Source: a virus
Taxonomy: Duplodnaviria; Caudoviricetes
Direction: 5' to 3' (one strand)
Virus record (IMG/VR): IMGVR_UViG_3300016471_000824
Span: 1-61,577 of that record
DNA: 61,577 nucleotides
The notes below the pieces were generated by a model. It saw only the letters and a program-made list of their open reading frames with translations. It ran no database searches and was not told the origin of the DNA. Made by a program: the position numbers and the translations under genes. Shown one piece after another: positions 29,270 through 39,000 of the stretch (its first letter is position 1; every line of letters starts with the position of its first letter).

Positions 29270-30544
29270 ACATAAATTTGATTGTTTTATAGTTCCTAAA
29301 TTTTGATGATTACTTTTTTTATTCGTATTATCTTTAGAAGATAGATAAGGAACACCAGTTTCAATTTGAGATTCAATAACCTTAGTCCAAACATCTTGAG
29401 CTTTTATCTTTCTTCCCAAACCCATACTTACTGCTTGGTTGAATACAGATTCATATTCGTCGCCAAAACATTCCTGAAGTGGTTTCAGACCAGCTTTTTT
29501 TATATCATTGGGGCAGAATAAATACCAATCACCATTATCTTTTACAGCTCTCATAAAGTTGTCAGGAATCCATAGAGCGGTGAACAAATCTCTTGCCCTT
29601 AATTCTTCCGCACCTGTGTTCTTTTTAATCTCCAACAAATCAATAATATCTTTATGCCAAGGTTCAAGATAAATTGCCGCTGAACCAGGTCTTCTACCTT
29701 GTTGGTTAAAAAACCTTAAAGATTCATTAACAATCTTTAAATATTTTAATAAACCACCCGCAAATCCACCTGAACTCGATAATCTACTTTCTTTACTTCG
29801 AATATTGGACATACATAAGCCAATACCTGCAGCGTCAGCAGAATATGTGGAGATATCACACATTGTATTAAGTAATCCTTCTCTTGAATCATCATCGTTA
29901 TAATGTAAAACACAAGATGCCAATTGTGGTATTTTTGTCCCCGCATTTATCATAATCGGTGTTGCAGGTGAAATTAGTTGATTAGACAATGATTTGTAGT
30001 ACTCTATAGCTTCATCAAATGACTTTGTAACCCACAGAGCCACCCTCATATACATATGTTGGGGACGTTCGATGGTTAAACCTTCAGGTGTTTTCAATAA
30101 ATACATTTCAAATAGTGAACGCCATGCAAAATAATCAAAGTTATAATCGTTTTCGTGATTAATGGCCTCATCAATATTTAAATCACCATAACTATCAATA
30201 ATGTCAATTAATTCTTGATTTACAATTCCGTAATCTGCCAACGTTTTCATCGTTTCACAGAAACTTTCATTTGTTTCTTTATGATACGAGGAAATAGCGA
30301 CATAGGATGCTAATCTAGAATAATCATGATGACTACCAGTATAAGATGCGGCAATTTCATAAATTAACTTATCTAGTTGTTTTGTTGTTATTATACCCTC
30401 AGTTGGTACTGATGTAATAACTTTAATGAATATTTGATCCGAATTGACAGTAAGATTTTTACTTGCTCGTTTAATTCTTGTTTGTATTTTGGTTGGATTG
30501 AAAGACACGATGTCCCCATCTCTTTTTTGAATTCGTAATGACAT
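28961..30544 (-). CDS. nrdA: N-terminal part of class Ia ribonucleotide reductase alpha (ATP-cone) fused to split-intein N-fragment
   Basis: IQKRDG ATP-cone, ERPQHMYMRVA, SPATP, QLASC, YLEPWH, ETGVPY, QSNLC|CLVGDT. Confidence 0.93.
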   Translation of the reverse strand: MSLRIQKRDGDIVSFNPTKIQTRIKRASKNLTVNSDQIFIKVITSVPTEGIITTKQLDKLIYEIAASYTGSHHDYSRLASYVAISSYHKETNESFCETMKTLADYGIVNQELIDIIDSYGDLNIDEAINHENDYNFDYFAWRSLFEMYLLKTPEGLTIERPQHMYMRVALWVTKSFDEAIEYYKSLSNQLISPATPIMINAGTKIPQLASCVLHYNDDDSREGLLNTMCDISTYSADAAGIGLCMSNIRSKESRLSSSGGFAGGLLKYLKIVNESLRFFNQQGRRPGSAAIYLEPWHKDIIDLLEIKKNTGAEELRARDLFTALWIPDNFMRAVKDNGDWYLFCPNDIKKAGLKPLQECFGDEYESVFNQAVSMGLGRKIKAQDVWTKVIESQIETGVPYLSSKDNTNKKSNHQNLGTIKQSNLCCLVGDTILTIKRENGDIEKLTITEVIELINQSERLMVLSKDGKFSLITAGMLTKKDAEIIEIIDEEFNFTIKCTPDHLIFTKNRGYVRADELIETDELDLYK

Positions 30545-30555
30545 AATAATAATTT

Positions 30556-31506
30556 TTAAAAATCGTCTGTAAATGAAATTGTCTCGTTAAGTTTTGCTTT
30601 TTGGTACTCAACAGTCCTTGATTCAAAGAAATTACCTTTGGTTTCAACCGCGATTTGTTCCATAAATTTAAATGGTTGTTCTACATTAAATTGTTTACTA
30701 CAACCTAATTTAACCAATAAACCATCAACAACAAATTCTAAATATTGTTTCATTAAGTTTGAATTCATTCCTATTAATGAGACAGGTAAAGATTCTGTAA
30801 TAAATTCTTTTTCGATTTCCAAAGCTGATAATAATATTTCTTTTATTCTTTTTTCACTTGGTTTGTTTTCAACATGTTTGTTTAATAAGTGAATTGCGAA
30901 ATCACAATGTAGGTTTTCATCTTTAAAAATCAATGAATTAGCATTACATAGTCCTTGCATAATTCCTCTTGATTTCAACCAAAAAATAGAACAAAAAGAA
31001 CCTGAAAAAAATATACCCTCAACAGCGGCAAAAGCAACTAATCTTTCTTGGAAAGACGCTTTTTCAATCCAATCCAAAGCCCATTTAGCCTTTTTCTTAA
31101 CCGCAGGTAATCTGTCAATAGCATTAAAACAATCATTTTTTTCTTTTGGATTTGATATATAAGTATCTATTAATAGTGAATACATTAAAGAATGTATATT
31201 TTCCATCATAAGTTGAAACCCATAAAAAAACTTAGCTTCAGGGTATTGTACTTCTCGGTAAAAGTTTTCTGCCAAGTTTTCATTTACAATTCCATCAGAT
31301 GCCGCAAAGAACGATAAAACATTTTTAATGAAATATTGTTCATTCTCGGACAAATTTTGCCAATCTCTAATGTCACCAGTTAAATCTACCTCCTCAGCTG
31401 TCCAAAAAGCCGCCTGATGTTGTTTATAATATTCCCAAATATCATTGTATTGGATTGGAAAAATAACAAAACGTGAAGGGTTTTCAGTTAAAATTTTTTC
31501 AGTCAT
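30556..31506 (-). CDS. nrdB: Ribonucleotide reductase class Ia beta subunit
   Basis: [46 protein letters not shown]. Confidence 0.95.
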   Translation of the reverse strand: MTEKILTENPSRFVIFPIQYNDIWEYYKQHQAAFWTAEEVDLTGDIRDWQNLSENEQYFIKNVLSFFAASDGIVNENLAENFYREVQYPEAKFFYGFQLMMENIHSLMYSLLIDTYISNPKEKNDCFNAIDRLPAVKKKAKWALDWIEKASFQERLVAFAAVEGIFFSGSFCSIFWLKSRGIMQGLCNANSLIFKDENLHCDFAIHLLNKHVENKPSEKRIKEILLSALEIEKEFITESLPVSLIGMNSNLMKQYLEFVVDGLLVKLGCSKQFNVEQPFKFMEQIAVETKGNFFESRTVEYQKAKLNETISFTDDF

Positions 31507-31508
31507 AA

Positions 31509-32888
31509 TTATATTGTGTTTTCTCTTTGTTTTCTTTTTTCTAATAAATCTTTGATTCTTTGTCTATTGGATTCTTCTTTTTGTTCTTCGTGCCCCAAAA
31601 ATGTTACAGATGATTCGGTGTCTATTTCAAGCATACTATTATCGAATTTACAATTTTCGAAAATAATTCCATCATCACCAATCCTTGATTTCGTAATCGC
31701 AATTGTTGCCAATTTCATTTCTTTTTGTTGTAATGTTTTTGCAACAGATATAATTACGTGTCCCACTTGAGCTTTTTTAATTGAACCTCCCATTTGATCC
31801 GTTGTTACAACTTCGGAAGATATTGAACTTCTATTACCTTGTGTTGCAGTCCAACCTACCAAATTCAACTCATGACACATTGCCTCAAAAGCTCTCATTA
31901 CAGAACCTTCAGATTTCCATTCATCTCCCAAGTTTTTTTCTGGTACAACACAATCGATGTAATCTAATAAAACCATATCAACTTTTACACCATCAGCAAT
32001 CTTTTTTCTAACAAGATTTTTGATTTGTGTCATTGTCATTGTATCTGATGGTAATTTTTCCAAAATTAATTGATTTTCCATTTTTTGTTCAATTTCTTTA
32101 ACTCTTTTAATTACCTCATCTTTTTTGTTGGACATATCATCAGGATGTATTTTTGTCCACAATGTAAAATGTTTTCTTTGAATTACCTTGGGATTATCTT
32201 CAAAAAATATTTGGAGGACATTATAACCCAAATTAAATGCGTGATTTGCAATTTTGGTTAACAATGTTGATTTTCCAACACCAGTTGGTGCCAATACAAC
32301 ACCTATTTCACCTTTTGCCAAACCACCTTTTAATAACCTATCTATACCTCCAATTCCCATTGGTATCGGATGTCTGAAGTCGTCATTTAATACATCATCC
32401 AAATTTGAGAATACATTTAACATTCCATTTTCCACAACTCCAACTTGAAGTGCCTCACGAATCATTTCTTCCAAAGCATCATAGTTTTCAAATTCACCAC
32501 CATCAATAACTTTTTGTGCCTTTGTTATTGCCTTTTGTAATTCTTGTTGTTTACAAAACTTTAATGCTTTTTCTTGGATAAAATCACCACCTGATTCTGG
32601 GGTTTCTCTAATTTTTTTGATGGTATCAATAACAACTTTTGCAATAGTTTCTTGGCTAAATTCGGATTTGGTTATTTGTTCTAAAGTATCAAACGTGGGT
32701 ACACCATCCCACTTTTTATAATACTCCTTAATCATTTGTATGATTAATTTAAAATATTTGTTTTCGAAATAACTTGGTTCAATTACATCCAAAATTGACC
32801 TAGAAAAATCTTTATCCACCACAATTTGATTAAGTAGTTGTAATTGGAATCCGCTCCCTAAATAATCAAAATTTTTGTTAGATGACAT
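31509..32888 (-). CDS. dnaB: Replicative DNA helicase (DnaB / T4 gp41-like)
   Basis: Walker [23 protein letters not shown]. Confidence 0.9.
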   Translation of the reverse strand: MSSNKNFDYLGSGFQLQLLNQIVVDKDFSRSILDVIEPSYFENKYFKLIIQMIKEYYKKWDGVPTFDTLEQITKSEFSQETIAKVVIDTIKKIRETPESGGDFIQEKALKFCKQQELQKAITKAQKVIDGGEFENYDALEEMIREALQVGVVENGMLNVFSNLDDVLNDDFRHPIPMGIGGIDRLLKGGLAKGEIGVVLAPTGVGKSTLLTKIANHAFNLGYNVLQIFFEDNPKVIQRKHFTLWTKIHPDDMSNKKDEVIKRVKEIEQKMENQLILEKLPSDTMTMTQIKNLVRKKIADGVKVDMVLLDYIDCVVPEKNLGDEWKSEGSVMRAFEAMCHELNLVGWTATQGNRSSISSEVVTTDQMGGSIKKAQVGHVIISVAKTLQQKEMKLATIAITKSRIGDDGIIFENCKFDNSMLEIDTESSVTFLGHEEQKEESNRQRIKDLLEKRKQRENTI

Positions 32889-32916
32889 AGTTTTAAAGTT
32901 GTTGTATGAATAAATA

Positions 32917-33369
32917 TTATACTCTTGTGTTAAGTCCGAGATAATCGTATGAAAGGTTTTTTGATGAAAAAATACTTGTTAAATCTTGAAGAATTGATTT
33001 AATAGTTTGTCTTATGTCAACTGTGTATCTGACCTTCGGGGGGTAGATTTTAGCATCGAATCTTCTGTGACATAATAGTTTTTCACCTTGTTTTAAATAA
33101 ATGTTAAAGTATTCAGGTCCGTCCAAATAAGATGTATTCAAAATATTTGGATTGTTTGTAATGTCATATTGGTTTTCCAATAGATAAGTTACTGCTTTCA
33201 TTTTTAATTGATAATTAACCTTTTCCAATAATTCATCCATATACTCTTTGAAATCCATAGAATTTCTTGCATCAGGATTAAATTCTCTCACATTGAAATA
33301 TCTTTGAACGATTATATTGTCGTTCACCAACATTAAGAATTCCAATTTGGTAATGTCTTGTTCTCTCAT
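32917..33369 (-). CDS. Hypothetical protein
   Basis: 150-aa ORF tightly packed in the replication operon. Confidence 0.7.
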   Translation of the reverse strand: MREQDITKLEFLMLVNDNIIVQRYFNVREFNPDARNSMDFKEYMDELLEKVNYQLKMKAVTYLLENQYDITNNPNILNTSYLDGPEYFNIYLKQGEKLLCHRRFDAKIYPPKVRYTVDIRQTIKSILQDLTSIFSSKNLSYDYLGLNTRV

Positions 33370-33375
33370 TGTTTT

Positions 33376-34383
33376 TTACTTTTTTGTTTTAAAATTGTTT
33401 TTTTCTTTTCTAGTTAGTTTTAAAAATGGTTTTACGAAATTCACCCAAGCATCATCCCCCTTTGGTAAGAATTTAAAAAATCCATCGTCCATCATCATCT
33501 TTATTAAGTTTCTGTGTCCCCTACCATCAGGATCTAAGGTCTCCCTATAATAAAGTTCCACCATTTCTTTTCCTACCTCATCAATCATTGGTTCTGATAA
33601 ATCCACAATCTTTTTGTTGATTATAAAATATTCATCCCCATAAATTCCTGATTTTGTTTTTCCTGTCAAAAGATTTTTTAGTGCGGTATTATTTTTATCT
33701 TCTTTCAAAAGGGTTTCCGCCTTGGATAAAATATCGTCAATTGTTAAGTTTTGTTCAAGTAATTCGGGAAATAATTTAAATAAAGTTTTATCTCCCAAAT
33801 AATATATTCCATCAATATTATCTGATTTGTCACCAGTCAATATTTTATAAGTCAAAATATTATTGTGTGGAATTTCATGTTCTTTCAATTTTATTTTGTC
33901 ACCATTCTTATATAGTTGTTTTGTGGATGGAGAATAAATTGAAATGTTTTGAGAAATAAGTTGGGTTAAATCCTTGTCAGATGAAAAAATGGTTATTATT
34001 TCATTCTTAGCAATTTGACAATAATAAGCAATTAAGTCATCCGCCTCATTATTTTCAACATTAACTTGTCTTACAAACATTTCCTCCAAATATTGCTTAA
34101 CTCTCTCCTTTTGATAATTGAAAGATTGCGCTTTAAACTCATTTTGTTCTTGAGTTCTATTTTCTTTATATTGGGGGTATAAAATCTTTCTCTTGTTAGA
34201 ATTACCTTCATTATCCCAAAAAACAATAACTTTATCAAAGTTATATTCATCAATGAATCGTCTTAAGGTGTTTAAAAAATGCCAAATTCCTCCAATATGA
34301 TTACCATTGTGATAATACTCTTTCACACCATAGAAACCAATCATCATAAGATTGTTTCCATCAACCAATAATGTTTTAATCAT
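33376..34383 (-). CDS. 5'-3' exonuclease / T4 RNase H-like flap nuclease
   Basis: LLVDGNNL, YKENR, EADDLIA, SSDKDLTQL, GDKSDNIDGI. Confidence 0.9.
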   Translation of the reverse strand: MIKTLLVDGNNLMMIGFYGVKEYYHNGNHIGGIWHFLNTLRRFIDEYNFDKVIVFWDNEGNSNKRKILYPQYKENRTQEQNEFKAQSFNYQKERVKQYLEEMFVRQVNVENNEADDLIAYYCQIAKNEIITIFSSDKDLTQLISQNISIYSPSTKQLYKNGDKIKLKEHEIPHNNILTYKILTGDKSDNIDGIYYLGDKTLFKLFPELLEQNLTIDDILSKAETLLKEDKNNTALKNLLTGKTKSGIYGDEYFIINKKIVDLSEPMIDEVGKEMVELYYRETLDPDGRGHRNLIKMMMDDGFFKFLPKGDDAWVNFVKPFLKLTRKEKNNFKTKK

Positions 34384-35387
34384 TTAAATAAACTTAATTG
34401 TGTGGACAATTTTTTTGTTTCTGTGATATACTCACCTAAGAACTCTGTAAAGATTGCTTCCATAACTGGAACACAAATGGAGTTACCAGCCAAGGCAATA
34501 TGATTGTTAGTTGTCAAACTTGTCGATAATAATTTATCAATATCTTCTTCTCTTACTCCCATAAATCTATATGCTTCTCTACCAGTAATTGTTCTGATTC
34601 TACCATCTTCTGTCATTATCTGTGGTGAACCAGTGGTTGTTAAACAAGGGGAACAACCATCAATAGAATATATACGTCTTGCTTGGTCATAATTGATATC
34701 GTTTCTTCTACCTATTAGCTTACATACACTATTCTTTTTAGGTTTATTAGGTGTAACCTCACATTCAATAAATAAGTCCTCCACAATGTCATTTTCGATG
34801 AATGGTTTCATAGGTATTCTATCTTTTCTGTGTTTCTCAACTCCATTCATAATAGATTCAACTTCTTCATTCGTTAAACCAAAAACTGACATCATAAAAA
34901 CTCTTTCTCTATTCTGTGGACATCCATAGTCAGCACCATTTAAAACCCTCCAAGAACATCCATATCCCAACTCATTTAAGAATGATATATGATTCTTGAA
35001 TTGTGTAATATGTTTTTTTGAAATTAAGTTTTTAACATTCTCCATCAAAAGATATTTTGGCTGGTTCTTAGTCAATATTCTTTCAACTTCATATAACAAT
35101 CCACTTCTCGTACCTACCTTTATACCCTCTTGTTTACCTGAAATTGATATATCTTGACAAGGGTAAGAGTATGTAAGTAGGTCACATTGGGGGAAGTTAT
35201 CCTCGTTTACCTTTGATATGTCCCCCAAGTTACCCAATGTTGTTGTATGTAATGAATCATAAGCAATATTTGCGGTTTTAAGGATATCACAATTTGCAAC
35301 ATTTTCATAATTAACATTAATATAATTTAATGCTAATTCTTGTGTCCCATAACCCGAAAATAATGATATAACTTTTAACTTATTCAT
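34380..35387 (-). CDS. DNA (cytosine-5) methyltransferase
   Basis: SLFSGYG (motif I), PCQDIS (IV), ENV (VI), QNRERVF (VIII), AGNSI (X). Confidence 0.92.
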   Translation of the reverse strand: MNKLKVISLFSGYGTQELALNYINVNYENVANCDILKTANIAYDSLHTTTLGNLGDISKVNEDNFPQCDLLTYSYPCQDISISGKQEGIKVGTRSGLLYEVERILTKNQPKYLLMENVKNLISKKHITQFKNHISFLNELGYGCSWRVLNGADYGCPQNRERVFMMSVFGLTNEEVESIMNGVEKHRKDRIPMKPFIENDIVEDLFIECEVTPNKPKKNSVCKLIGRRNDINYDQARRIYSIDGCSPCLTTTGSPQIMTEDGRIRTITGREAYRFMGVREEDIDKLLSTSLTTNNHIALAGNSICVPVMEAIFTEFLGEYITETKKLSTQLSLFK

Positions 35388-35391
35388 AATT

Positions 35392-35422
35392 CAAACTTAA
35401 ATCGAAATATTGAAAATATCAA
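35392..35422 (-). promoter_or_regulatory. Possible Bacteroidota-type sigma-A promoter (TTG...TAnnTTTG)
   Basis: TAAGTTTG at 35392-35399 (minus) with TTG about 20 nt upstream; only 4 nt from the methylase ATG. Confidence 0.3.
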
Positions 35423-35435
35423 TCAATTTGCTTTT

Positions 35436-36437
35436 TTAATCTTCGTAGGAAATTTCATTGATATCAGAAGTGCTTTCCTCTAAGGTAATTTCACCAGTAC
35501 CACTCAAAATTGCATTCCAATATTGTGAAAATTCTTTCTTATATTTTTCTAACGCTTCCTTTGTATCAGAAATATAACCTTGAGGTACTGCAATAATTTT
35601 TCCATCCTTGTAGGCAATACCATTTACGTGATTTTTTAATATAGAGATTTTAGTTCTAACAGCATATGATACAGTTCTTCCATTTTTTGTTGCCGTAATA
35701 TGATTTATACCATTATCAGCTTCGTTACCAAAAAGGAAGACCAAAGAAGCCGCTAACCATAGTGCTTCACCACCTTTAGCTTTAATTTTTGGTTGTCCAA
35801 ATGGATTTGATGGTAATTGAACCCAAGGTTGGTTAATTACAACCATAGTATTATAATATGGGTAATCTTCTTTTTTAGATTTTGTAATTCTAGAATGAAT
35901 ACCCATTCCAATTTTATCAGCAAGTGCTGCCGCGTTGTGCATTTTACCACCTTTACCATCAAATGTCATTTGACATGGTAATGAACCAACACTATCCCAC
36001 AAAATTAGTAAATCATAAGGCAATTCCCCTTTTTCTTGAGCATCTAATAAATCATTAATATATTCAGTAGCTTGTTCAATGTAATCAAAACTATCATTAA
36101 ATATAAAGTTTCCATCCCAATTACCTTCAGTATCCATTTCAGCTTGTAGTCCGAGTTCAACAGCATGTGGCCAATTCCATTTCTTCTCAGTAATGATAAA
36201 CACAGGTAAATGTCCCCTTTTTTGTGCATCAGCTGCGGCCAATATTAAAGCCGTTGTTTTTGAAGTATTCGTATGTCCCAAGAAAATGTTAATACCACCC
36301 ATGACAGGACCTGGTAATCCACAAGCTTCCATAAATGCTTCACCACAATTATAGAAAGTTTCTGGTTTGTATTTAGTTTTGGTTGAAAACTTGGATTTAA
36401 TTGCATCCAAGGTTATTTCTTTTTTCTTAATTGCCAT
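35436..36437 (-). CDS. uvsX: RecA/UvsX-like recombinase
   Basis: Variant Walker A GHTNTSKTT, ITEKK, LILWDSVGS, VINQ, KGGEAL; located next to SSB. Confidence 0.8.
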   Translation of the reverse strand: MAIKKKEITLDAIKSKFSTKTKYKPETFYNCGEAFMEACGLPGPVMGGINIFLGHTNTSKTTALILAAADAQKRGHLPVFIITEKKWNWPHAVELGLQAEMDTEGNWDGNFIFNDSFDYIEQATEYINDLLDAQEKGELPYDLLILWDSVGSLPCQMTFDGKGGKMHNAAALADKIGMGIHSRITKSKKEDYPYYNTMVVINQPWVQLPSNPFGQPKIKAKGGEALWLAASLVFLFGNEADNGINHITATKNGRTVSYAVRTKISILKNHVNGIAYKDGKIIAVPQGYISDTKEALEKYKKEFSQYWNAILSGTGEITLEESTSDINEISYED

Positions 36438-36654
36438 CTTGAAGATTATATTTTATGAATTCCCTTAATCTTTCCAATTTATCTATTGCATTTGCCATTT
36501 GTTCAACATACTTATCCATTTCTTCTAAGTGTTGTGGGTGTTCTCCAATACCAACAGGATTAGAAAAATAAATCATTAATGTTGCTTCAGCCTCAGCAAT
36601 TTCACTTTCATACTTTAAAGAAAGCGCGTCAATCATTTTCTTTTGAATTTTCAT
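36427..36654 (-). CDS. Small conserved helical phage protein
   Basis: NPVGIGEHPQ motif; start reassigned to the ATG at 36654 (MKIQKK) because the listed start lies inside a terminator hairpin. Confidence 0.7.
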   Translation of the reverse strand: MKIQKKMIDALSLKYESEIAEAEATLMIYFSNPVGIGEHPQHLEEMDKYVEQMANAIDKLERLREFIKYNLQDGN

Positions 36655-36665
36655 TTTTTTGGATT

Positions 36666-36696
36666 TAAAAATGAACCCCACTTTTAAATGGGGTTC
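36666..36696 (-). terminator. Rho-independent terminator after SSB
   Basis: GAACCCCA-N8-TGGGGTTC followed by ATTTTT on the minus strand. Confidence 0.65.
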
Positions 36697-36718
36697 GTGT
36701 TATTTAATAATTTTTTAA

Positions 36719-37570
36719 TTAGAAGGGTAAATCACTATGTACATCTAAATCTTCTGATTCATCTAAATAAGAAGGAGTAGATTTTCCACCTAAAATAACC
36801 TCACCAGAATCTGAGTTTCCGTAAACATAACCACCTTTATCACTATCCCATTTCGGAGTTTCTCCTTTGGCAATTGCCTCTAAGTATTCCACAGGTTTTT
36901 TGGAATATACATCAGCCCAAGTTAATTCATCATTAATCCAACTATTAGCAGTTTCTTTATTGATGTGAATTGGTGCGGGGTCGTCATACATAATCGTTTG
37001 TATAACTGTATAAGTTGCGCCCTTTGGTGTTTTGGCTTTTGTCATTTCAAGAATAATATCTCTACCTTTTTCAGAATCGGTTACATCGCCTTTGGCTCTA
37101 AAGATAGGAATTAATTTGTCCAAAATACCTTCGTTTTTGTAATTGTGTTTGAATCTCCAAAACTTAACGCCATCAGCTTCGTTATCTCTATCAATAAGTT
37201 TTACGATATAGAATTTACGAGGCTTGTATTGTTTGGCAAGTTCTTTGTCGGCATCTCTACCAGTTGACATAAGTTCTTCATATACCTCAGAAAGTGGAGA
37301 ACGTTCATTGTCGTTTTTTCCTGGGTCATAAAATTTTTGCCATTTACCATCAACTTGGATTTCGTGAAACCAAACTTCTTTGAATGGTGAACTTCCATCT
37401 GTTGTTGGAAGAATTCTTAATCTTTTTTGTCCTTGTTTTTCATTGTCCTTTAAAAGAGCTGCGAAGTATTTCTTCATTCTCTCGTCTTGAGACATTTTGT
37501 TGGTATTACTACCTGATTTTTGTGATTGTTCGTACTGTGCTAAAATAGCATCTAATGGATTTGTCGCCAT
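36719..37570 (-). CDS. Single-stranded DNA-binding protein (T4 gp32-like)
   Basis: RLRILP...SPFKEVWFH, GRDIIL, acidic tail ending DLPF; next to uvsX. Confidence 0.8.
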   Translation of the reverse strand: MATNPLDAILAQYEQSQKSGSNTNKMSQDERMKKYFAALLKDNEKQGQKRLRILPTTDGSSPFKEVWFHEIQVDGKWQKFYDPGKNDNERSPLSEVYEELMSTGRDADKELAKQYKPRKFYIVKLIDRDNEADGVKFWRFKHNYKNEGILDKLIPIFRAKGDVTDSEKGRDIILEMTKAKTPKGATYTVIQTIMYDDPAPIHINKETANSWINDELTWADVYSKKPVEYLEAIAKGETPKWDSDKGGYVYGNSDSGEVILGGKSTPSYLDESEDLDVHSDLPF

Positions 37571-37607
37571 AAATTAAAAAGTTTTTTGTTAAAAAATATT
37601 ATACACA

Positions 37608-37636
37608 ATAATAAGTGTCAGCCGTTGGTTAGTCAA
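37608..37636 (-). promoter_or_regulatory. Sigma70-like promoter heading the replication operon
   Basis: TTGACT-N17-TATTAT on the minus strand, 37 nt upstream of the SSB ATG. Confidence 0.5.
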
Positions 37637-37644
37637 ATAAAGTA

Positions 37645-38358
37645 TTAATATATTTTTTTGAATTTGCTCATATCGTTTTCTGGTGTCATTTCTTCATCAC
37701 CGAAGTTTCTGAAACTTCTTTTAATCTCATTCGGGGAGTAGTTTTCAATCTCGTCAGGTGTTAAAATATATTGTTCTCTACCAGTTTCTTCAAATTCATC
37801 TTCTTTATCTTCGAAATATTTGCTTAATTTTTGATTGAAAGGACCTGAGTCCAAACTTCTAAGTTCCATCTTTTCTTCAGGTGTTTTGACTCTGTATTTT
37901 TCTATTTTCGTTTCTATCCTATTTAACCTATCTAAAATGCCATCCATAGCGTTCAATTTCGATTCCAAATCATTTAAGTGATTAAATAAACTTTCGAAAT
38001 ATTCATCTTGTTTTTCCTCTACCGTTTTTTGACCTTTAACTAAATCAGTAACTTCAATTTCTTCTTTATCCTTTTTTTTGTTTTTACTATCTAATTTTTC
38101 CACATCGGGATCGGATTCTGTATCAACTGGTTCAGGTAGTGGTGCTGTTGGGGGTGGTACTGCTCCTCCAGCGGGTGGTACTGCTCCTTCAACGGGTGGT
38201 ACTGCTCCTTCAGCGGGTGGTGGTGGTACTGCTCCTTCAACAGGTGGTGGTGGTGCTACTCCTTCGGCAGGTGGTGGTGGTAATTCTTGTTCTGAAATAT
38301 ATTTATTTATTTCTCTATATCTTTTAAGCTCTTGTAAAATTTTTAAATCCGTTTTCAT
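37645..38358 (-). CDS. Pro-rich, acidic coiled-coil protein (possible internal/scaffold-like protein)
   Basis: PPP(A/V)EGAV repeats followed by a charged helical region. Confidence 0.7.
   Translation of the reverse strand: MKTDLKILQELKRYREINKYISEQELPPPPAEGVAPPPPVEGAVPPPPAEGAVPPVEGAVPPAGGAVPPPTAPLPEPVDTESDPDVEKLDSKNKKKDKEEIEVTDLVKGQKTVEEKQDEYFESLFNHLNDLESKLNAMDGILDRLNRIETKIEKYRVKTPEEKMELRSLDSGPFNQKLSKYFEDKEDEFEETGREQYILTPDEIENYSPNEIKRSFRNFGDEEMTPENDMSKFKKIY
38150..38281 (-). repeat. Imperfect 21-27-bp tandem repeats encoding PP(A/V)EGAV
   Basis: Plus-strand unit ggtggtactgctcctYcaRcg repeated about 5 times. Confidence 0.8.
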
Positions 38359-38360
38359 TC

Positions 38361-38585
38361 TTAACCATTTAAAAGTTGTTTTATTCCATTTGTAGTTTCT
38401 ACTTGGATTTTTTTATGGGTTCTCATAGTATTATCTACTCTCTCAATTAATCCATCTTTCATTCTTACAGTGTAACATTCACCAGTATCTAAATCACATA
38501 CTTGTTTTGTTCCATCACCCATATCTTTTTCAGATGTTCTTGTATTTTTACCTAAGTAGTTATCTAAAATTAATTTTACACTCAT
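38361..38585 (-). CDS. Small hypothetical protein
   Basis: 74 aa with VCDLDTGECY; TATTTAT at 38601-38607. Confidence 0.7.
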   Translation of the reverse strand: MSVKLILDNYLGKNTRTSEKDMGDGTKQVCDLDTGECYTVRMKDGLIERVDNTMRTHKKIQVETTNGIKQLLNG

Positions 38586-38625
38586 AGTTGTTGTTTTTAT
38601 ATAAATATTTAGTTTGTATGAAAAA

Positions 38626-39000
38626 TTATAATTTTATGTACGCTGGATATTTTTTAATGTATTGACTTCTTGTTATATCTAATTTTCCATCAGGTAAAAT
38701 GGGATTTGCATAAACCCAAATACTGAAATTATAAATACCACGTCTCTCTGAGGCAGATTCACCTTCACAAGCAACTTCTTTTAGTAATTCCGTTATGTTT
38801 ATAGAAATACCTTGTTTGTTGTTAAATATATATTCACTAATATTTATTCCAGTTCCATTACCTGCACATTCAGCAGTTGTACTCCAATCCAATAGGATTG
38901 AAAAAATATTCCAAAGTCCAACATTTTGTTTTACATTAACACTTAAACTCGAAAAGTTTCCATCTAACCCACTATTAGTTACATTATCGAAAACTTCAGG
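38626..39000 (-). CDS. In-frame continuation (124 aa) of the hub gene beyond a single TGA
   Basis: ...PPPPPP*PEVFDNVTNSGLDG...YPAYIKL*: same frame as 39001..45993, with no ATG of its own. Confidence 0.6.
   Translation of the reverse strand, partial: PEVFDNVTNSGLDGNFSSLSVNVKQNVGLWNIFSILLDWSTTAECAGNGTGINISEYIFNNKQGISINITELLKEVACEGESASERRGIYNFSIWVYANPILPDGKLDITRSQYIKKYPAYIKL

Noticed and set aside
38150-38281. CRISPR-like or non-coding repeat array
   Set aside because: No unique spacers; repeats are codon-phased inside a coding Pro-rich linker. No CRISPR array, tRNA or rRNA was recognised anywhere in the window.
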